Origin: Desulfonatronospira sp.
GTDB taxonomy: Bacteria; Desulfobacterota; Desulfovibrionia; Desulfovibrionales; Desulfonatronovibrionaceae
Direction: 5' to 3'
Assembly: GCA_003551155.1 (NCBI GenBank)
Contig: PUMA01000181.1
Span: 800 to 64,799 of the forward strand
Length of the DNA: 64,000 nt
The translations under genes were made by a program, and so were the position numbers. Shown here in pieces: positions 22,084 to 34,735 of this stretch (positions are counted from its first letter, which is position 1; every line of letters begins with the position of its first letter). Below the pieces are notes generated by a model. It did not search any database. It saw only the letters and a list, made by a program, of their open reading frames with translations, and had not been told where the DNA came from.

Positions 22084-22953
22084 TTATCTTAATGCTTCAG
22101 CGCCGCCGACTATGTCCATCAGCTCAGAAGTGATCGCCGCCTGCCTGGCCTTGTTGTATGCCAGGGTCAGCTGGTCAACCATTTCGTCGCAGTTCCTGGT
22201 GGCGTTGTCCATGGCCGTCATTCTGGCTGCATGCTCGCTGCAGGATGTGTCCAGCAGCCCTCTGTACACCTGGACCTTGATGTATCTGGGCAGAATCTCG
22301 GCCAGCAGGCCTTCCACTGACGGCTCAAACAGATATTCGCTTTGCGGGCCGCCTTCGACTGGTGCTTCCGCCTGGACCACCGGCAGGACCTGTGCAGCCT
22401 GCGGCACCTGTCTGACCATGGAAACAAATTCGGAATAGACTATGTGCACCTCATCCATTTCCTGATCCAGATATCTGTTGATCACCTTGGTGCCGATTTC
22501 ATTGGCCAGCTGAAAGTCAAAGCTGCCCATGACCTCCCGATAGGAATCAGCAATATTCTGCTTCCTTCTTCGGAAAAAATCATAGCCTTTTTTCCCAACA
22601 CAGATCAGCTGGACCTCTTTGCCCTCAGCCGCCTTGTTCCGGGCCAGAGCGTTACACTTGCTGATCAGATTGCTGTTGAAAGCGCCGCAAAGTCCTTTGT
22701 CCGATGTTATCAGAATTATGCCTACATTTTTGATCTCCTCCCGCTTTTCCAGAAGTGGGTGGATACCGGGGTCAACCCGGGCGGAAAGGTCGGAAAGGAT
22801 CTCGAAGTATTTCTCGGCATATGGCCTGAAGCGTTCAATGCGGTCCTGGGCACCGCGCAGTTTGGCCGAGGCCCCCATGTTCATGGCCTTGGTGATCTGC
22901 TTGGTTTTTTTGACCGCGCCGATCTTTCTCTGTATCTCCCTGAATGATGCCAT
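22084..22953 (-). CDS. atpG: F1F0 ATP synthase gamma subunit
   Basis: KTKQITKAM, DKGLCGAFN, SEHAARMTAM, NKARQAAITSEL. Confidence 0.97.
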   Translation of the reverse strand: MASFREIQRKIGAVKKTKQITKAMNMGASAKLRGAQDRIERFRPYAEKYFEILSDLSARVDPGIHPLLEKREEIKNVGIILITSDKGLCGAFNSNLISKCNALARNKAAEGKEVQLICVGKKGYDFFRRRKQNIADSYREVMGSFDFQLANEIGTKVINRYLDQEMDEVHIVYSEFVSMVRQVPQAAQVLPVVQAEAPVEGGPQSEYLFEPSVEGLLAEILPRYIKVQVYRGLLDTSCSEHAARMTAMDNATRNCDEMVDQLTLAYNKARQAAITSELMDIVGGAEALR

Positions 22954-22967
22954 GTGCTGCTCCCGCT

Positions 22968-24476
22968 TTATGCTTTAAAGGTCTTTTTGAACTCGTCCAT
23001 GGCAGCAATAATTTCTTTTTCCAGTTCGCTGCTGAAATCTCCTGTTTCCTTGATTTCATTGAGTATGTTGGGCTTCTGGCTTCTGAAGTATTCCAGCAGT
23101 TCAGATTCGAATCTGCTCACAGCTTCTACAGGCAGATCATCCAGGTACCCTTTGGCGCCGCAGAACTGGGAGATAACCTGTTCCTCCGCGGGCATGGGCA
23201 TGTATTGGGGCTGTTTTAACAGTTCAACCAGCCTTTCTCCCCTGACCAGGCGTTTCTGGGTGGCGGCATCCAGTTCGGATCCGAACTGAGCAAATGCTGC
23301 CAGCTCTCTGTACTGGGCCAGGTCCAGGCGCAGGGTTCCGGCCACCTTCTTCACCGCCTTGATCTGGGCTGCGCCACCCACCCTGGATACGGAAAGACCC
23401 ACGTTGATGGCCGGTCTGACACCGGCATAGAAAAGCCCTGGTTCCAGATATATCTGGCCGTCAGTAATGGAAATTACGTTGGTAGGGATGTAGGCGGATA
23501 CGTCTCCGGCCTGGGTTTCAATTATGGGCAGTGCAGTAAGGGATCCTCCGCCGAGCTTGTCACCCATCTTGGCCGCCCTTTCCAGGAGCCTGGAATGCAG
23601 GTAAAAAACGTCTCCAGGATAGGCCTCGCGACCGGGAGGGCGCCTCAAGAGCAGGGACATCTGCCGGTAGGCCTGGGCGTGCTTGGAAAGGTCGTCATAC
23701 ATGATCAGGGCATGTTCACCCTTGTCCCGGAAATATTCCCCCATGGTGCACCCGGCATATGCAGCGATATACTGCAGGGGAGCCGGTTCTGAAGCCGTGG
23801 CTGAGATAACCGTGGTATAGTCCATGGCTCCGTATTTTTTCAAGGTATCCACCACCTGGGCCACTGTGGATTTCTTCTGACCGATGGCCACGTAAATGCA
23901 GTGGATATCAGTTTCTCTCTGGGCCAGGATTGCGTCAATGCAGATGGCGGTCTTGCCTATCTGGCGGTCACCGATGATGAGCTCGCGCTGGCCCCGGCCT
24001 ACAGGGGTCATGGCGTCAATGGCCTTCAGACCGGTATACATGGGCTCATTCACCGGCTTGCGCACCACAACACCCGGAGCTATGACCTCCACATTCCTGG
24101 TCTGCTTGGTTTCGATGGGCCCCAGACCGTCAAGGGGATTGCCCAGAGGGTCTATTACCCGGCCCTGAACCGCCTCTCCCACCGGAACCGAGGCTATGCG
24201 TCCGGTCCTTTTGACCAGATCCCCCTCCTTGATGTGCACGTCCTCACCAAGCAAGGCGCAGCCCACATTGTCTTCATCCAGGTTCAAAGCCAGGCCCATG
24301 ACCCCCCCAGGGAACTCCAGCATCTCCAGGGACTGGGCATTTTCCACCCCATACACCCGGGCTATGCCATCGCCCACTGACAGGACCACACCGGTTTCGC
24401 TCATTTCTACGCGTTTTTCGTAATCCTTGATCTGACCTTCAATAATCTGGCTGATTTCTTCTGCTTTTATTTGCAT
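22968..24476 (-). CDS. atpA: F1F0 ATP synthase alpha subunit
   Basis: [31 protein letters not shown]; start MQIKAEE. Confidence 0.98.
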   Translation of the reverse strand: MQIKAEEISQIIEGQIKDYEKRVEMSETGVVLSVGDGIARVYGVENAQSLEMLEFPGGVMGLALNLDEDNVGCALLGEDVHIKEGDLVKRTGRIASVPVGEAVQGRVIDPLGNPLDGLGPIETKQTRNVEVIAPGVVVRKPVNEPMYTGLKAIDAMTPVGRGQRELIIGDRQIGKTAICIDAILAQRETDIHCIYVAIGQKKSTVAQVVDTLKKYGAMDYTTVISATASEPAPLQYIAAYAGCTMGEYFRDKGEHALIMYDDLSKHAQAYRQMSLLLRRPPGREAYPGDVFYLHSRLLERAAKMGDKLGGGSLTALPIIETQAGDVSAYIPTNVISITDGQIYLEPGLFYAGVRPAINVGLSVSRVGGAAQIKAVKKVAGTLRLDLAQYRELAAFAQFGSELDAATQKRLVRGERLVELLKQPQYMPMPAEEQVISQFCGAKGYLDDLPVEAVSRFESELLEYFRSQKPNILNEIKETGDFSSELEKEIIAAMDEFKKTFKA

Positions 24477-24480
24477 AGCC

Positions 24481-25032
24481 CTACTCACCCCTTTTGATGT
24501 TTTCTTTCAAAATTTGCAGTTGCGCCCTTATGCTGGCATCCAGAACCTTATCACCGACCTTTAATACCAGTCCGCCCACAATTTCCGGATCAACCTTATA
24601 ATCCAGAACCACTTGCAGGCCGGCCTGTTTTTCCAGTTTGTCCACTATATCCTGCCTGACATTCTCGGCTAGCTTAATGGCGGTCACCACTTCTCCACGT
24701 AGAACTCCCTGGTAATCATCCAGAAGCTTGGCATAATAAACCTGGATCTCGGCTAGCTGATCCAGTCTTCCCTTATCCGCTAGCAGATAACAAAAATTGG
24801 CTACCACTTTGTTGGGCTTTATTTTGCCCAGAAGCTGTTTTACGACCTCTTTCTTCTCGTTCACGGAAATGACCGGATTGCGGAAAATCCTGATCAAATC
24901 CGGATAGCCCTCCAGGACATCAACGAACCTGGCCAAATCATCACCGTAGGCCTTGAGCTCTTTCTCGCCCTGCTTCTGTGCCAGGGCGAAAAGGGCGCGG
25001 GCGTATCTTCTGGCAACTATACTTCCTATCAA
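24481..25032 (-). CDS. atpH: F1F0 ATP synthase delta subunit
   Basis: [25 protein letters not shown]. Confidence 0.94.
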   Translation of the reverse strand: MIGSIVARRYARALFALAQKQGEKELKAYGDDLARFVDVLEGYPDLIRIFRNPVISVNEKKEVVKQLLGKIKPNKVVANFCYLLADKGRLDQLAEIQVYYAKLLDDYQGVLRGEVVTAIKLAENVRQDIVDKLEKQAGLQVVLDYKVDPEIVGGLVLKVGDKVLDASIRAQLQILKENIKRGE

Positions 25033-25592
25033 TTTAGCACCACCCTTGTTAGACTGTCATTAATAAGAGTCTTGTGGTCCTCGGCCTTCAGTTTTTTCTT
25101 GATCATGGCCTCGGTAGCCTCAGCCACCTTGTCCGCCAGCTCGGCCCGGATTTCCTGCAAGGCCTGCTTGGCCTCCTGCTGGGCTGAAACTTGAGCCTGC
25201 TCCTTGATCTGAGCAGCCTGGGCTTCGGCCTTGGCAATGATCTGCTTTTTCAGGTTTTCGCCCTGAGCTTTTGCCTGTTCAAGAATCTGTGCCCTTTCCT
25301 GCTCCAGATTAGCTATGCTCTTCTGTACATTCTCAAGTTTTTGCTCAGCTTCCTTTTTCCTGGAGCCCAGATCCTTGAGTTCGGTTTCGATTTCACTGCT
25401 GCGGCTGGGAAAAAATTCAAACAGCTTATATCCACCTGCATAGTAGAGAATGGTCAAGAAGATGATAAAATTGATCACCCTCCAGATCTGGTCCCTGGCA
25501 TCCTCGGGCAGATTGAAGGGATCTGCAATATTGAAAATGGCAGCAGCCAGCAGAACGACCCCCAAAATCAGCAACTTTGTTTTTGTGTTCAC
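25029..25592 (-). CDS. atpF: F0 subunit b
   Basis: N-terminal hydrophobic segments followed by a long coiled coil; operon position. Confidence 0.88.
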   Translation of the reverse strand: MNTKTKLLILGVVLLAAAIFNIADPFNLPEDARDQIWRVINFIIFLTILYYAGGYKLFEFFPSRSSEIETELKDLGSRKKEAEQKLENVQKSIANLEQERAQILEQAKAQGENLKKQIIAKAEAQAAQIKEQAQVSAQQEAKQALQEIRAELADKVAEATEAMIKKKLKAEDHKTLINDSLTRVVLN

Positions 25593-25614
25593 CGCTTGAG
25601 CCTCCCTTTAATTT

Positions 25615-26037
25615 TTAGGCTTTGCCCAGAATCTTCTCTGCTGCCAGCCCCGCAAATTTATCCACCTGTTTCTTAAGCGCTGCCAGTGCGCTTTCCTTCT
25701 CTGACTTTGCCTTTTCCCGGGCCGTCTGAAGTATGCCCATTGCTTCCTGGGAAGCAGACTGAACTATCTGTTTTTCCTCCTCAAAGCCTTCCCCTTTCTT
25801 TTCCTGCCTTATTTCCTGAGCTTTGAGCCGGGCCTGCTCCAGTTCCTGCTCATAAGATCTGAGCTTTTCCTCAGCGCTGGCGTTGAAACTCTCGATATCT
25901 TCCACCTTTTGGTGCATAATCTCAGCCCGCCTGCGCAGCATTCCTCTTATGGGCTTGTACAGAATAAGATTGAGCAGCAACAGGACAATAAAAAAATTGA
26001 CCAGCTGAATAAAAAAGGTGATGTTTAGTTCAATCAT
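25615..26037 (-). CDS. F0 subunit b' (second b paralog)
   Basis: MIELNITFFIQLVNF...LYKPI; first gene of the atp operon (atpB/E are not in the window). Confidence 0.88.
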   Translation of the reverse strand: MIELNITFFIQLVNFFIVLLLLNLILYKPIRGMLRRRAEIMHQKVEDIESFNASAEEKLRSYEQELEQARLKAQEIRQEKKGEGFEEEKQIVQSASQEAMGILQTAREKAKSEKESALAALKKQVDKFAGLAAEKILGKA

Positions 26038-26520
26038 AGGCCCTCCCGAGAATGTGAATTTTTGTTCAAAGTTGGCTTTGCCGGATAAATTTCTATCTGT
26101 CCTTAGTCAATTTGCCATCCTGTGTCAAAGCCTTTTTCCTGTTTTTCTGGGAACAGAAAAAATATTGATACGCTATAACAAGTCTGTTTTATAGCAATTT
26201 TATTTTGTACTTTAAAAATCGGCTGTTTTATTGTTGATGATTTCGCACCAAATTTCACATATGTTTTGAAATTTTGTTCCAGAGACCATTGCAAGGCTCA
26301 TGAAGATTTGTGTCTCAGGCCCCTTTTATTCTGGGGCTCTTCGACGTATGCTTTGGAATTGTTATGGCACTATACTATATCTTTCCAGCTCCGGGGTGTT
26401 GGCAAAAGCGGCTCAAACTGTCTGAAACGAGCCCTTTTGCCAAAACCCCGGAGCTGGTATTCTGGATAAGGCTCTTAATTTTTAACTGTATATAAAATCC
26501 ACACGTTGCGTCGAGGAGCC

Positions 26521-26925
26521 TTATTCTGAATCATGACCCTTCCCGCTGGAACCGACTCCCTCCATATCAATCTCGCCTTTGATTGTGGCGCCCTCCTCGA
26601 CTACAAGGGAGGGGGTCAGTATCTTGCCCTGAATACTGGCCTGTTTGTATATCGTGACTCTGCCCTGAGCCTTGATCTCCCCCTCAAGGGACCCGCTCAG
26701 CACCAGATGCCCTACATTAATCGTGCCCTTGACTCTGGCATCCTGGCCAACAATCAGTGTTCCCTCCGATTCTATCTCTCCTTCAAAATCGCCGTCTATG
26801 CGCACTGTCCCCTGGAACACCAGTTTTCCATTATAAGCTGTACCGGTGCCCATGAAGGCATTTATTTCATCCTTGCCCATGTCTGCTCCTTTATCCTTGA
26901 ATATGAATCTCAACGCACCAGGCAT
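26521..26925 (-). CDS. Bactofilin / polymer-forming cytoskeletal protein
   Basis: NAFMGTGTAYNGKLVFQGTVRIDG beta-helix repeats. Confidence 0.9.
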   Translation of the reverse strand: MPGALRFIFKDKGADMGKDEINAFMGTGTAYNGKLVFQGTVRIDGDFEGEIESEGTLIVGQDARVKGTINVGHLVLSGSLEGEIKAQGRVTIYKQASIQGKILTPSLVVEEGATIKGEIDMEGVGSSGKGHDSE

Positions 26926-26928
26926 TAA

Positions 26929-28035
26929 TCAGCCCTTGAACATGAATCTGCGCATGGACACGTTCAGGACCAGGCCGACCATGATAAAGTTGACCATGGC
27001 TGAAGTCCCACCATAACTGATAAATGGCAGGGGTATGCCCACAACAGGCACAAGGCCCAGAACCATTCCCATGTTAACCAGGATCTGCCAGAAAAAATAG
27101 AAAAACACTCCGACGCACAGCAATGATCCAAACCTGTCCTTTGCTTCCTGGGAGACAATAAGGATCTGATACAGAAAAACACAGAACAATAGAAGCAGAA
27201 TCACAGAACCCGCAAATCCCCATTCTTCGCCGAATACTGCAAATGCGAAATCAGTATGTTTTTCAGGAAGAAACCGCAGCTGGCTCTGAGTACCCTCCAT
27301 GAATCCCTTGCCCCAGAATCCTCCCGAACCCACAGCGATCTGGGACTGGATCACGTGATAGCCTGAACCCAGCGGGTCCTGTGCGGGATTAATGAAGCTG
27401 AGCAGTCTGGTCTTTTGGTAGTCATGAAGAAAAAGCCATCCCAGAGGCAAAATAACGGGAACCAGGGCCAGCATAATTTTCATCAGTTTTTTGGCTATTC
27501 CGTGATACAGAACAATCCCGCCAGTTAGCAGTATGATTATAAGCCCTGATCCCAGGTCCGGCTGTTTGATTACAAGGACCGCAGGAACCATGACCATTGC
27601 AGACACTTTAAGCAGATCTCTCAATTCAAGAGGATGCTGGATCCGGGACAAAAAATGCGCAGTAAGAATCACCATGCCGATCTTGACCAGCTCGCTGGGC
27701 TGAAAACTGACAAATCCAAGACTCAGCCATCTCTGGGCACCATAAATGGGTACTCCGAAAAAATAGACCGCCAGCAGCAGCAACAGGAAGAACATGTAGA
27801 TATACCATGAAACTGCCTTGAAATGCCGGTAATCAACGAGCATGAACCCGAGCATGGCCAGAAAGCCCACTGCTCCCCAGATCAGCTGCTTACTGTAGAA
27901 TGGAGTCAGTGTGGTCCCCTCGCCGATCCGGTACGCACTGGCTGAATAAAGATTGAGTACTCCTGCGGCAAAAAGCAGGAGCACGACTCCCAGCATGGCC
28001 CAGTTGATATGCAGTATCATCTGCCTGTCGATCAT
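26929..28035 (-). CDS. rodA: Rod shape-determining protein RodA (SEDS family)
   Basis: GAQRWL, FQPSELVK, QPDLGS, FLPEKHTDF, PLPFISYGG. Confidence 0.96.
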   Translation of the reverse strand: MIDRQMILHINWAMLGVVLLLFAAGVLNLYSASAYRIGEGTTLTPFYSKQLIWGAVGFLAMLGFMLVDYRHFKAVSWYIYMFFLLLLLAVYFFGVPIYGAQRWLSLGFVSFQPSELVKIGMVILTAHFLSRIQHPLELRDLLKVSAMVMVPAVLVIKQPDLGSGLIIILLTGGIVLYHGIAKKLMKIMLALVPVILPLGWLFLHDYQKTRLLSFINPAQDPLGSGYHVIQSQIAVGSGGFWGKGFMEGTQSQLRFLPEKHTDFAFAVFGEEWGFAGSVILLLLFCVFLYQILIVSQEAKDRFGSLLCVGVFFYFFWQILVNMGMVLGLVPVVGIPLPFISYGGTSAMVNFIMVGLVLNVSMRRFMFKG

Positions 28036-29837
28036 GGATCATGTCCTGTGGTTTGTTCCTGATCCTGGGGGAACAGATAGTCAAAAACCGCCTTGACCAC
28101 AGGACCGGCTGCGGCACTGCCGGAACCTCCGTGCTCCACCAGTGCCGCTACTGCATATCTTTGACTGCCGCTGACAGCAAAGCTGATCATCCAGGCATGA
28201 TGCCTTAACCAGTAATCCACAGCCTCGGGATCATCCTCGGTATGTTCAGGCATCAGCCTTACAACCTGTGCAGTCCCGGTCTTTCCTCCGACATCAGCAC
28301 CCCTGGTGCGCAGCCTCCTGGCGGTACCGCGCTCCTTTTCCACGGTATCCAGCATGGCCTGATAAATGAATTCCCTGGTCCCGGCACTCCACGGCAGAGG
28401 CTCCGGGTCCAGCTTTTTCTCCTCCAGAAACAGGCTGGGTCTGTACAGGTGCCCTCCATTGGCTATGGCTGCAGTCAGTCTGGCCATCTGCAAAGGGGTG
28501 ACCTGGATAAATCCCTGTCCAATGGCCAGATTAAGATTGTCTCCTCCCCGCCAGGCATCATTAAATCGCTGCCTCTTCCATTCCCTGGTGGGCACCAGTC
28601 CTGCCCTTTCATGGGGCAGATCTATCCCGGTCCGCCGGCCAAAACCGCTGGCCACGGAAAAGCTGCTGATCTGATCCACGCCCAGCCTCTCCCCCAGCTG
28701 ATAAAAATAGGTGTCGCACGACTCCACCAGGGCCCGGTTCATATTCACCCGCCCATGAGAGCGCCAGCACCTGAAGACCCTGTCTCCCAGCCTGTATCTT
28801 GCGGTACACGAAACCTCTTGGCCAGGAGAAATTTCCGGGTTTTCAAGGCCCAGGGCGGCCATCAGGGGTTTGAACACTGAACCCGGGGGATATGCGTTCT
28901 GGATGCTGCGATTCTGCAGGGGATGATGCGGATTTTCCAGAAGGTTTCTCCATTGATCCCTGGAAACGCCGAAAACGAATTTGTTGTTGTCATAGCCCGG
29001 AGTGCTCACCAGAGCCAGGACCTGCCCTGTATCCGCATCCAGGACGACTACTGAACCTGTCCTGCCTTCCATTAATGAATAAATATAGGTCTGCAGCTCC
29101 AGATCAATACTCAACTGCAGATCCTTACCAGGCTGGGGGGGAGCCAGCATATATTCACGCAACACCCTTCCTGCGGCATCCACTTCAAGCTGTTTCAGCC
29201 CCCTGCTGCCCCGCAGAATCCTTTCCATGGTGTATTCAAGACCATGCTTGCCCACATTGTCTCCAAGCCGCAGCCCGGGGTCTGCAGCCAGCTCCTGCTC
29301 ACTGGCCTGAGCCACATACCCGAGAACATGGGACATCACCTCTCCCTGCAGATACCTGCGCCTTGGCTGAACAACCACTTTAACTCCGGGCCAGTAGGGA
29401 GCTTCTGTTTCCACCCTGGTCAGAAGCTCAAAGGAAAGATTGGATACCAGGATCTGATTTTCAAAGGACCGGACCATGCTCCGGCCCCGTTCGAAATCAG
29501 CCCTGAGCTCATCCAGAGACTTGCCGGTCCATTTGCTGATCTGCTTTAATGTCCGATCCATATCCGGGGTGTCCTCGCGCACCAGGGCCAGGCTGTACGA
29601 AGGCTCGTTCACAGCAAGAAGCCTGCCCTCCCGGTCCAGAAAAAGTCCCCTGGGAGCATATACATGCTGCCTGCGCTGCAGGTTTTCCTGGGCTTTCTGA
29701 AAATAAAACTCCCCCTTGTATATCTGAAGAAACCAGAGCCTGAAGGCAAGCACAAAGAAAAGAGCCGCAACCAGGACCAGGAGAAAATGAGAGGCTGGCC
29801 TGTCGCTGAAAAAGCTATTTTCCCTGAACTGGTTCAT
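28032..29837 (-). CDS. mrdA: Penicillin-binding protein 2
   Basis: PPGSVFK (SxxK), ESCD, GKTGTAQ. Confidence 0.96.
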   Translation of the reverse strand: MNQFRENSFFSDRPASHFLLVLVAALFFVLAFRLWFLQIYKGEFYFQKAQENLQRRQHVYAPRGLFLDREGRLLAVNEPSYSLALVREDTPDMDRTLKQISKWTGKSLDELRADFERGRSMVRSFENQILVSNLSFELLTRVETEAPYWPGVKVVVQPRRRYLQGEVMSHVLGYVAQASEQELAADPGLRLGDNVGKHGLEYTMERILRGSRGLKQLEVDAAGRVLREYMLAPPQPGKDLQLSIDLELQTYIYSLMEGRTGSVVVLDADTGQVLALVSTPGYDNNKFVFGVSRDQWRNLLENPHHPLQNRSIQNAYPPGSVFKPLMAALGLENPEISPGQEVSCTARYRLGDRVFRCWRSHGRVNMNRALVESCDTYFYQLGERLGVDQISSFSVASGFGRRTGIDLPHERAGLVPTREWKRQRFNDAWRGGDNLNLAIGQGFIQVTPLQMARLTAAIANGGHLYRPSLFLEEKKLDPEPLPWSAGTREFIYQAMLDTVEKERGTARRLRTRGADVGGKTGTAQVVRLMPEHTEDDPEAVDYWLRHHAWMISFAVSGSQRYAVAALVEHGGSGSAAAGPVVKAVFDYLFPQDQEQTTGHDP

Positions 29838-30291
29838 GAATCAAAAATTTCCTGTACATGTGAGAGGTGATCAGCCAGATCCCGAAATACGCTCCAAACT
29901 GGATCAGAAAAGACTCCGGTTCCATATGAACAGCAGGAGCCAGATCCTGTACAGAGGACATTATCCGGATAAGAGCTGACTTGAATCCGGCAAGAAAGAG
30001 AAAAAATACAGCGGAAAATAAAACGTTTCTGGCCTCAAAAAAAATTGCAGCCCAGTAAAACGCAGATACAAGGCCTGCATAAAAAAGCATGGCCGTGCCG
30101 AAAGCCAGAGTTCCTGTCCCCTCCTGAATTAGGATCCAGGCCAGGCACAGCCAGAAGGCCGGCTTAAGGCTTTTAACCTGCAAAAGCACCACCAGACCCG
30201 GACTGAAGAAGTCCACTCCAGGCAGGAGAAACTGCCCCCAGACGCCCAGCAGGGTGTAAACAAGCCAGAAAACCACCTGCTTAAGCTGCAA
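29815..30291 (-). CDS. mreD: MreD-like membrane protein
   Basis: Highly hydrophobic 158 aa between mreC and mrdA. Confidence 0.7.
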   Translation of the reverse strand: MQLKQVVFWLVYTLLGVWGQFLLPGVDFFSPGLVVLLQVKSLKPAFWLCLAWILIQEGTGTLAFGTAMLFYAGLVSAFYWAAIFFEARNVLFSAVFFLFLAGFKSALIRIMSSVQDLAPAVHMEPESFLIQFGAYFGIWLITSHMYRKFLIHEPVQGK

Positions 30292-30437
30292 TGAAACCCC
30301 GCATGTTTGTCCTCAGACTATTGACAGACATCTCTGCTGCTCAAGACAGGAAATGGCTGCATAAGGAGAGTCCCGCGTCCTGTGCTTTTTCTGCCCCAAA
30401 TGAACAATAATGCAGAGCCGGCAGATTGACCATGCTT

Positions 30438-32391
<1,954 letters not shown>

Positions 32392-32493
32392 TTAAGTCCG
32401 CACCCGGCTGCCGGCAATCAGGGTCTTGCATCCGGGAGTTGAGGTTTTCAGACAAGTCAATCCGCGGCGTGACAACAGGTGCAGGCCTCCAAA

Positions 32494-32522
32494 TTGACCC
32501 GGGGCGAAAAGAATCTTATCAT
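32494..32522 (+). promoter_or_regulatory. Sigma70-type promoter for the radical SAM-truA unit
   Basis: TTGACC-N17-TATCAT. Confidence 0.6.
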
Positions 32523-32664
32523 AAAAAATATTCTGGCAGGCAATCTGTTTTCCGCCATGTCGGGCTGTGTTTTCAGGACAGATCAGGCCCGCTGCATGGC
32601 CTTAATTGGCTGTTATTAACAGAAGAACATCTGACAGGCAACATGGCTGATCTTTGTTTTTTGC

Positions 32665-33624
32665 ATGAACCGCTACAATAAGCTCTCTCATTACTGGAAA
32701 CACGTTTTCGGCACCAGGATACAGAAAATCCCACTGGATGCCGGATTTGACTGCCCCAACCGCGATGGCGGCATTTCCGGATCTGGCTGCATATTCTGCA
32801 ACACCAGAGGTTCGGGCACCGGTCTGGGCTGCTCAGGCATGTCTTTGCAGGATCAGTACCTTTACTGGAAAAGCAGGCTGGAGATCAGGTACAAGGGATG
32901 CAGATTCGCTGCATACCTGCAGTCCTTCAGCAACACCTACGGGCCGTTAAGCAAACTGGAACATGCTCTGGAACAGCTCATGGACCTTCCGGAGCTGGCA
33001 GCGCTCTGCGTGGGCACCAGGCCGGACTGTCTGGATCCTCACAAGGCTGGAAAGCTGGCCGGCTTTCCCGTAAGAGAGACATGGCTTGAACTCGGGCTGC
33101 AGAGCTCTGATGAAGGTACCCTTTGCCTCATCAACAGAGGGCATACAGCAGATGATTTTGCCAGGGCATGCCGCCTGGCTTCGGCCCATGGGCTCAGGGT
33201 CTGCGCTCATGTGATTGCCGGGCTTCCTGGCGAGGACCTGAATAACTTTCTGAGGACCATTGATTTCATTAACCGTTTGCCGGTTCACGGTATCAAGTTT
33301 CACAACCTGTATGTATGCAGACACACCACTCTTGCTGTCTGGTGGAGCCAGGGCCGGTACACCCCCTTGAGCCTGAGGGAATACTCGTGCTGGATTGCAG
33401 CTGCCATCGGCTGTCTGCGCCCGGACATCACAGTGCACAGGCTCACCGGAGATCCCTCAGGGGATGAATTGCTGGCACCGCTCTGGGCCCGGGGAAAAAA
33501 CACTGTCATCAGTACAATTCACGAAATTCTGGAAACCCGGGACCTTAGGCAGGGAATGAACTATCAGACAACCAAATCCCGGGAGAATCTGAGCCTTGCG
33601 CATCAAGCTAGTTCTGGCATATGA
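32665..33624 (+). CDS. Radical SAM protein, TIGR01212/YhcC family
   Basis: KIPLDAGFDCPNRDG, GCIFC, GTRPD, ELGLQS, IKFHNLY, VHRLTGD. Confidence 0.9.
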   Translation: MNRYNKLSHYWKHVFGTRIQKIPLDAGFDCPNRDGGISGSGCIFCNTRGSGTGLGCSGMSLQDQYLYWKSRLEIRYKGCRFAAYLQSFSNTYGPLSKLEHALEQLMDLPELAALCVGTRPDCLDPHKAGKLAGFPVRETWLELGLQSSDEGTLCLINRGHTADDFARACRLASAHGLRVCAHVIAGLPGEDLNNFLRTIDFINRLPVHGIKFHNLYVCRHTTLAVWWSQGRYTPLSLREYSCWIAAAIGCLRPDITVHRLTGDPSGDELLAPLWARGKNTVISTIHEILETRDLRQGMNYQTTKSRENLSLAHQASSGI

Positions 33625-34333
33625 TGGAACCACCTACCACGGCTGGCAGATTCAAAAAAAGGAGCCCACCATCCAGCAGATGCTGGAGGACTCTCTGGCC
33701 AGGATCTGCAACAGGCATATCCGCATACACGGCGCAGGCCGAACAGATGCCGGGGTCCATGCCCTGGGTCAGGTCGCCCACTTCGACCCTCCCCCGGAAA
33801 ATACCGGAATCCCCTGGCAGCAGGCTCTTAACTCTCTTCTGGCCTCGTCTATCCGCATTGTCAGATACCAGCAGGTGACCGGATCTTTTCATGCCCGCTT
33901 TTCTGCCAGAGTCAAGCATTACTCCTATTCCTTCTGGACGGAAAAATTCTTTGTGTATCCCCAGAGGAGAAACTTTGTCTGGCACGCCGGACCATTGAAT
34001 ATTGAAGCCATGAGTGCCGCCGCAGATCACCTGGTGGGCCGCCACGATTTCTGTTCCTTCATGAATAAAGGCACAGAAACAAGGGACACGGTAAGACATG
34101 TATGGAACATAAATTTTCGTCAGGGCTGCTTTCCCCAGGAGACAGTCATGCACATAAGGGCTGACGGCTTCCTGAAACAGATGGCCAGAAACATTGCCGG
34201 AGCCCTGGTTCAGGTGGGCCGGGGCAAATTAAGACCCCAGGAAATGGAAAAAATCCTGCAGCACAGGGACCGTTCCCTGGCTCCGGCTACAGCGCCTGCC
34301 CGGGGGTTGTGCCTTGAAGCTGTTGAGTATTGA
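33596..34333 (+). CDS. truA: tRNA pseudouridine(38-40) synthase
   Basis: AYDGTTYHGWQ, GAGRTDAGVHA, FHARF, GFLKQMAR, APARGL. Confidence 0.96.
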   Translation: MRIKLVLAYDGTTYHGWQIQKKEPTIQQMLEDSLARICNRHIRIHGAGRTDAGVHALGQVAHFDPPPENTGIPWQQALNSLLASSIRIVRYQQVTGSFHARFSARVKHYSYSFWTEKFFVYPQRRNFVWHAGPLNIEAMSAAADHLVGRHDFCSFMNKGTETRDTVRHVWNINFRQGCFPQETVMHIRADGFLKQMARNIAGALVQVGRGKLRPQEMEKILQHRDRSLAPATAPARGLCLEAVEY

Positions 34334-34384
34334 TCAGGGAAGTGATTTATGTTAAATGGAAAATAATCCAAAAAGGATAGAACA

Positions 34385-34412
34385 TTGACTTTCGGCCAAA
34401 AATTATTAGCCT
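34385..34412 (+). promoter_or_regulatory. Sigma70-type promoter of clpS-clpA-aat
   Basis: TTGACT-N16-TAGCCT ending 8 nt before the clpS ATG. Confidence 0.5.
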
Positions 34413-34420
34413 AACTGTCT

Positions 34421-34735
34421 ATGAGTAATGAACTAACCGGTCCTCTACCCTCCCCCGGCACCGTGGTGGGAGACGAGCTCAAGGAGCCTCAGCGCTACAA
34501 GGTTCTTATGCACAATGATGACTACACCACCATGGAATTTGTCGTGCACGTGCTCAGGGAAGTGTTTCACAAGAACGAAGGAGAGGCGGTGCAGATCATG
34601 CTCAATATTCATAAAAACGGAATGGGTGTTTGCGGGGTATACACCGGTGAAGTAGCTGAAACCAAGGTGGCCCTGGTGACAAGAATGGCCAAGAAGGAAG
34701 GTTTTCCCCTGAAATGCACCATGGAAGAGGTATAA
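34421..34735 (+). CDS. clpS: ATP-dependent Clp protease adaptor
   Basis: YKVLMHNDDYTTMEFV, PLKCTME. Confidence 0.96.
   Translation: MSNELTGPLPSPGTVVGDELKEPQRYKVLMHNDDYTTMEFVVHVLREVFHKNEGEAVQIMLNIHKNGMGVCGVYTGEVAETKVALVTRMAKKEGFPLKCTMEEV

Noticed and set aside
25029-26037. Two b subunits and no atpB/atpE in the atp operon
   Set aside because: A split atp operon is the normal arrangement in Desulfovibrionales
26242-26261. Possible Rex operator upstream of the atp operon (TTCGCACCAAATTTCACATA)
   Set aside because: Only one good half-site (about 13/20 to the remembered consensus) in an AT-rich region; needs a PWM scan
26521-26925. Bactofilin at the end of the mre-rod operon
   Set aside because: As far as I recall, a common arrangement in this lineage
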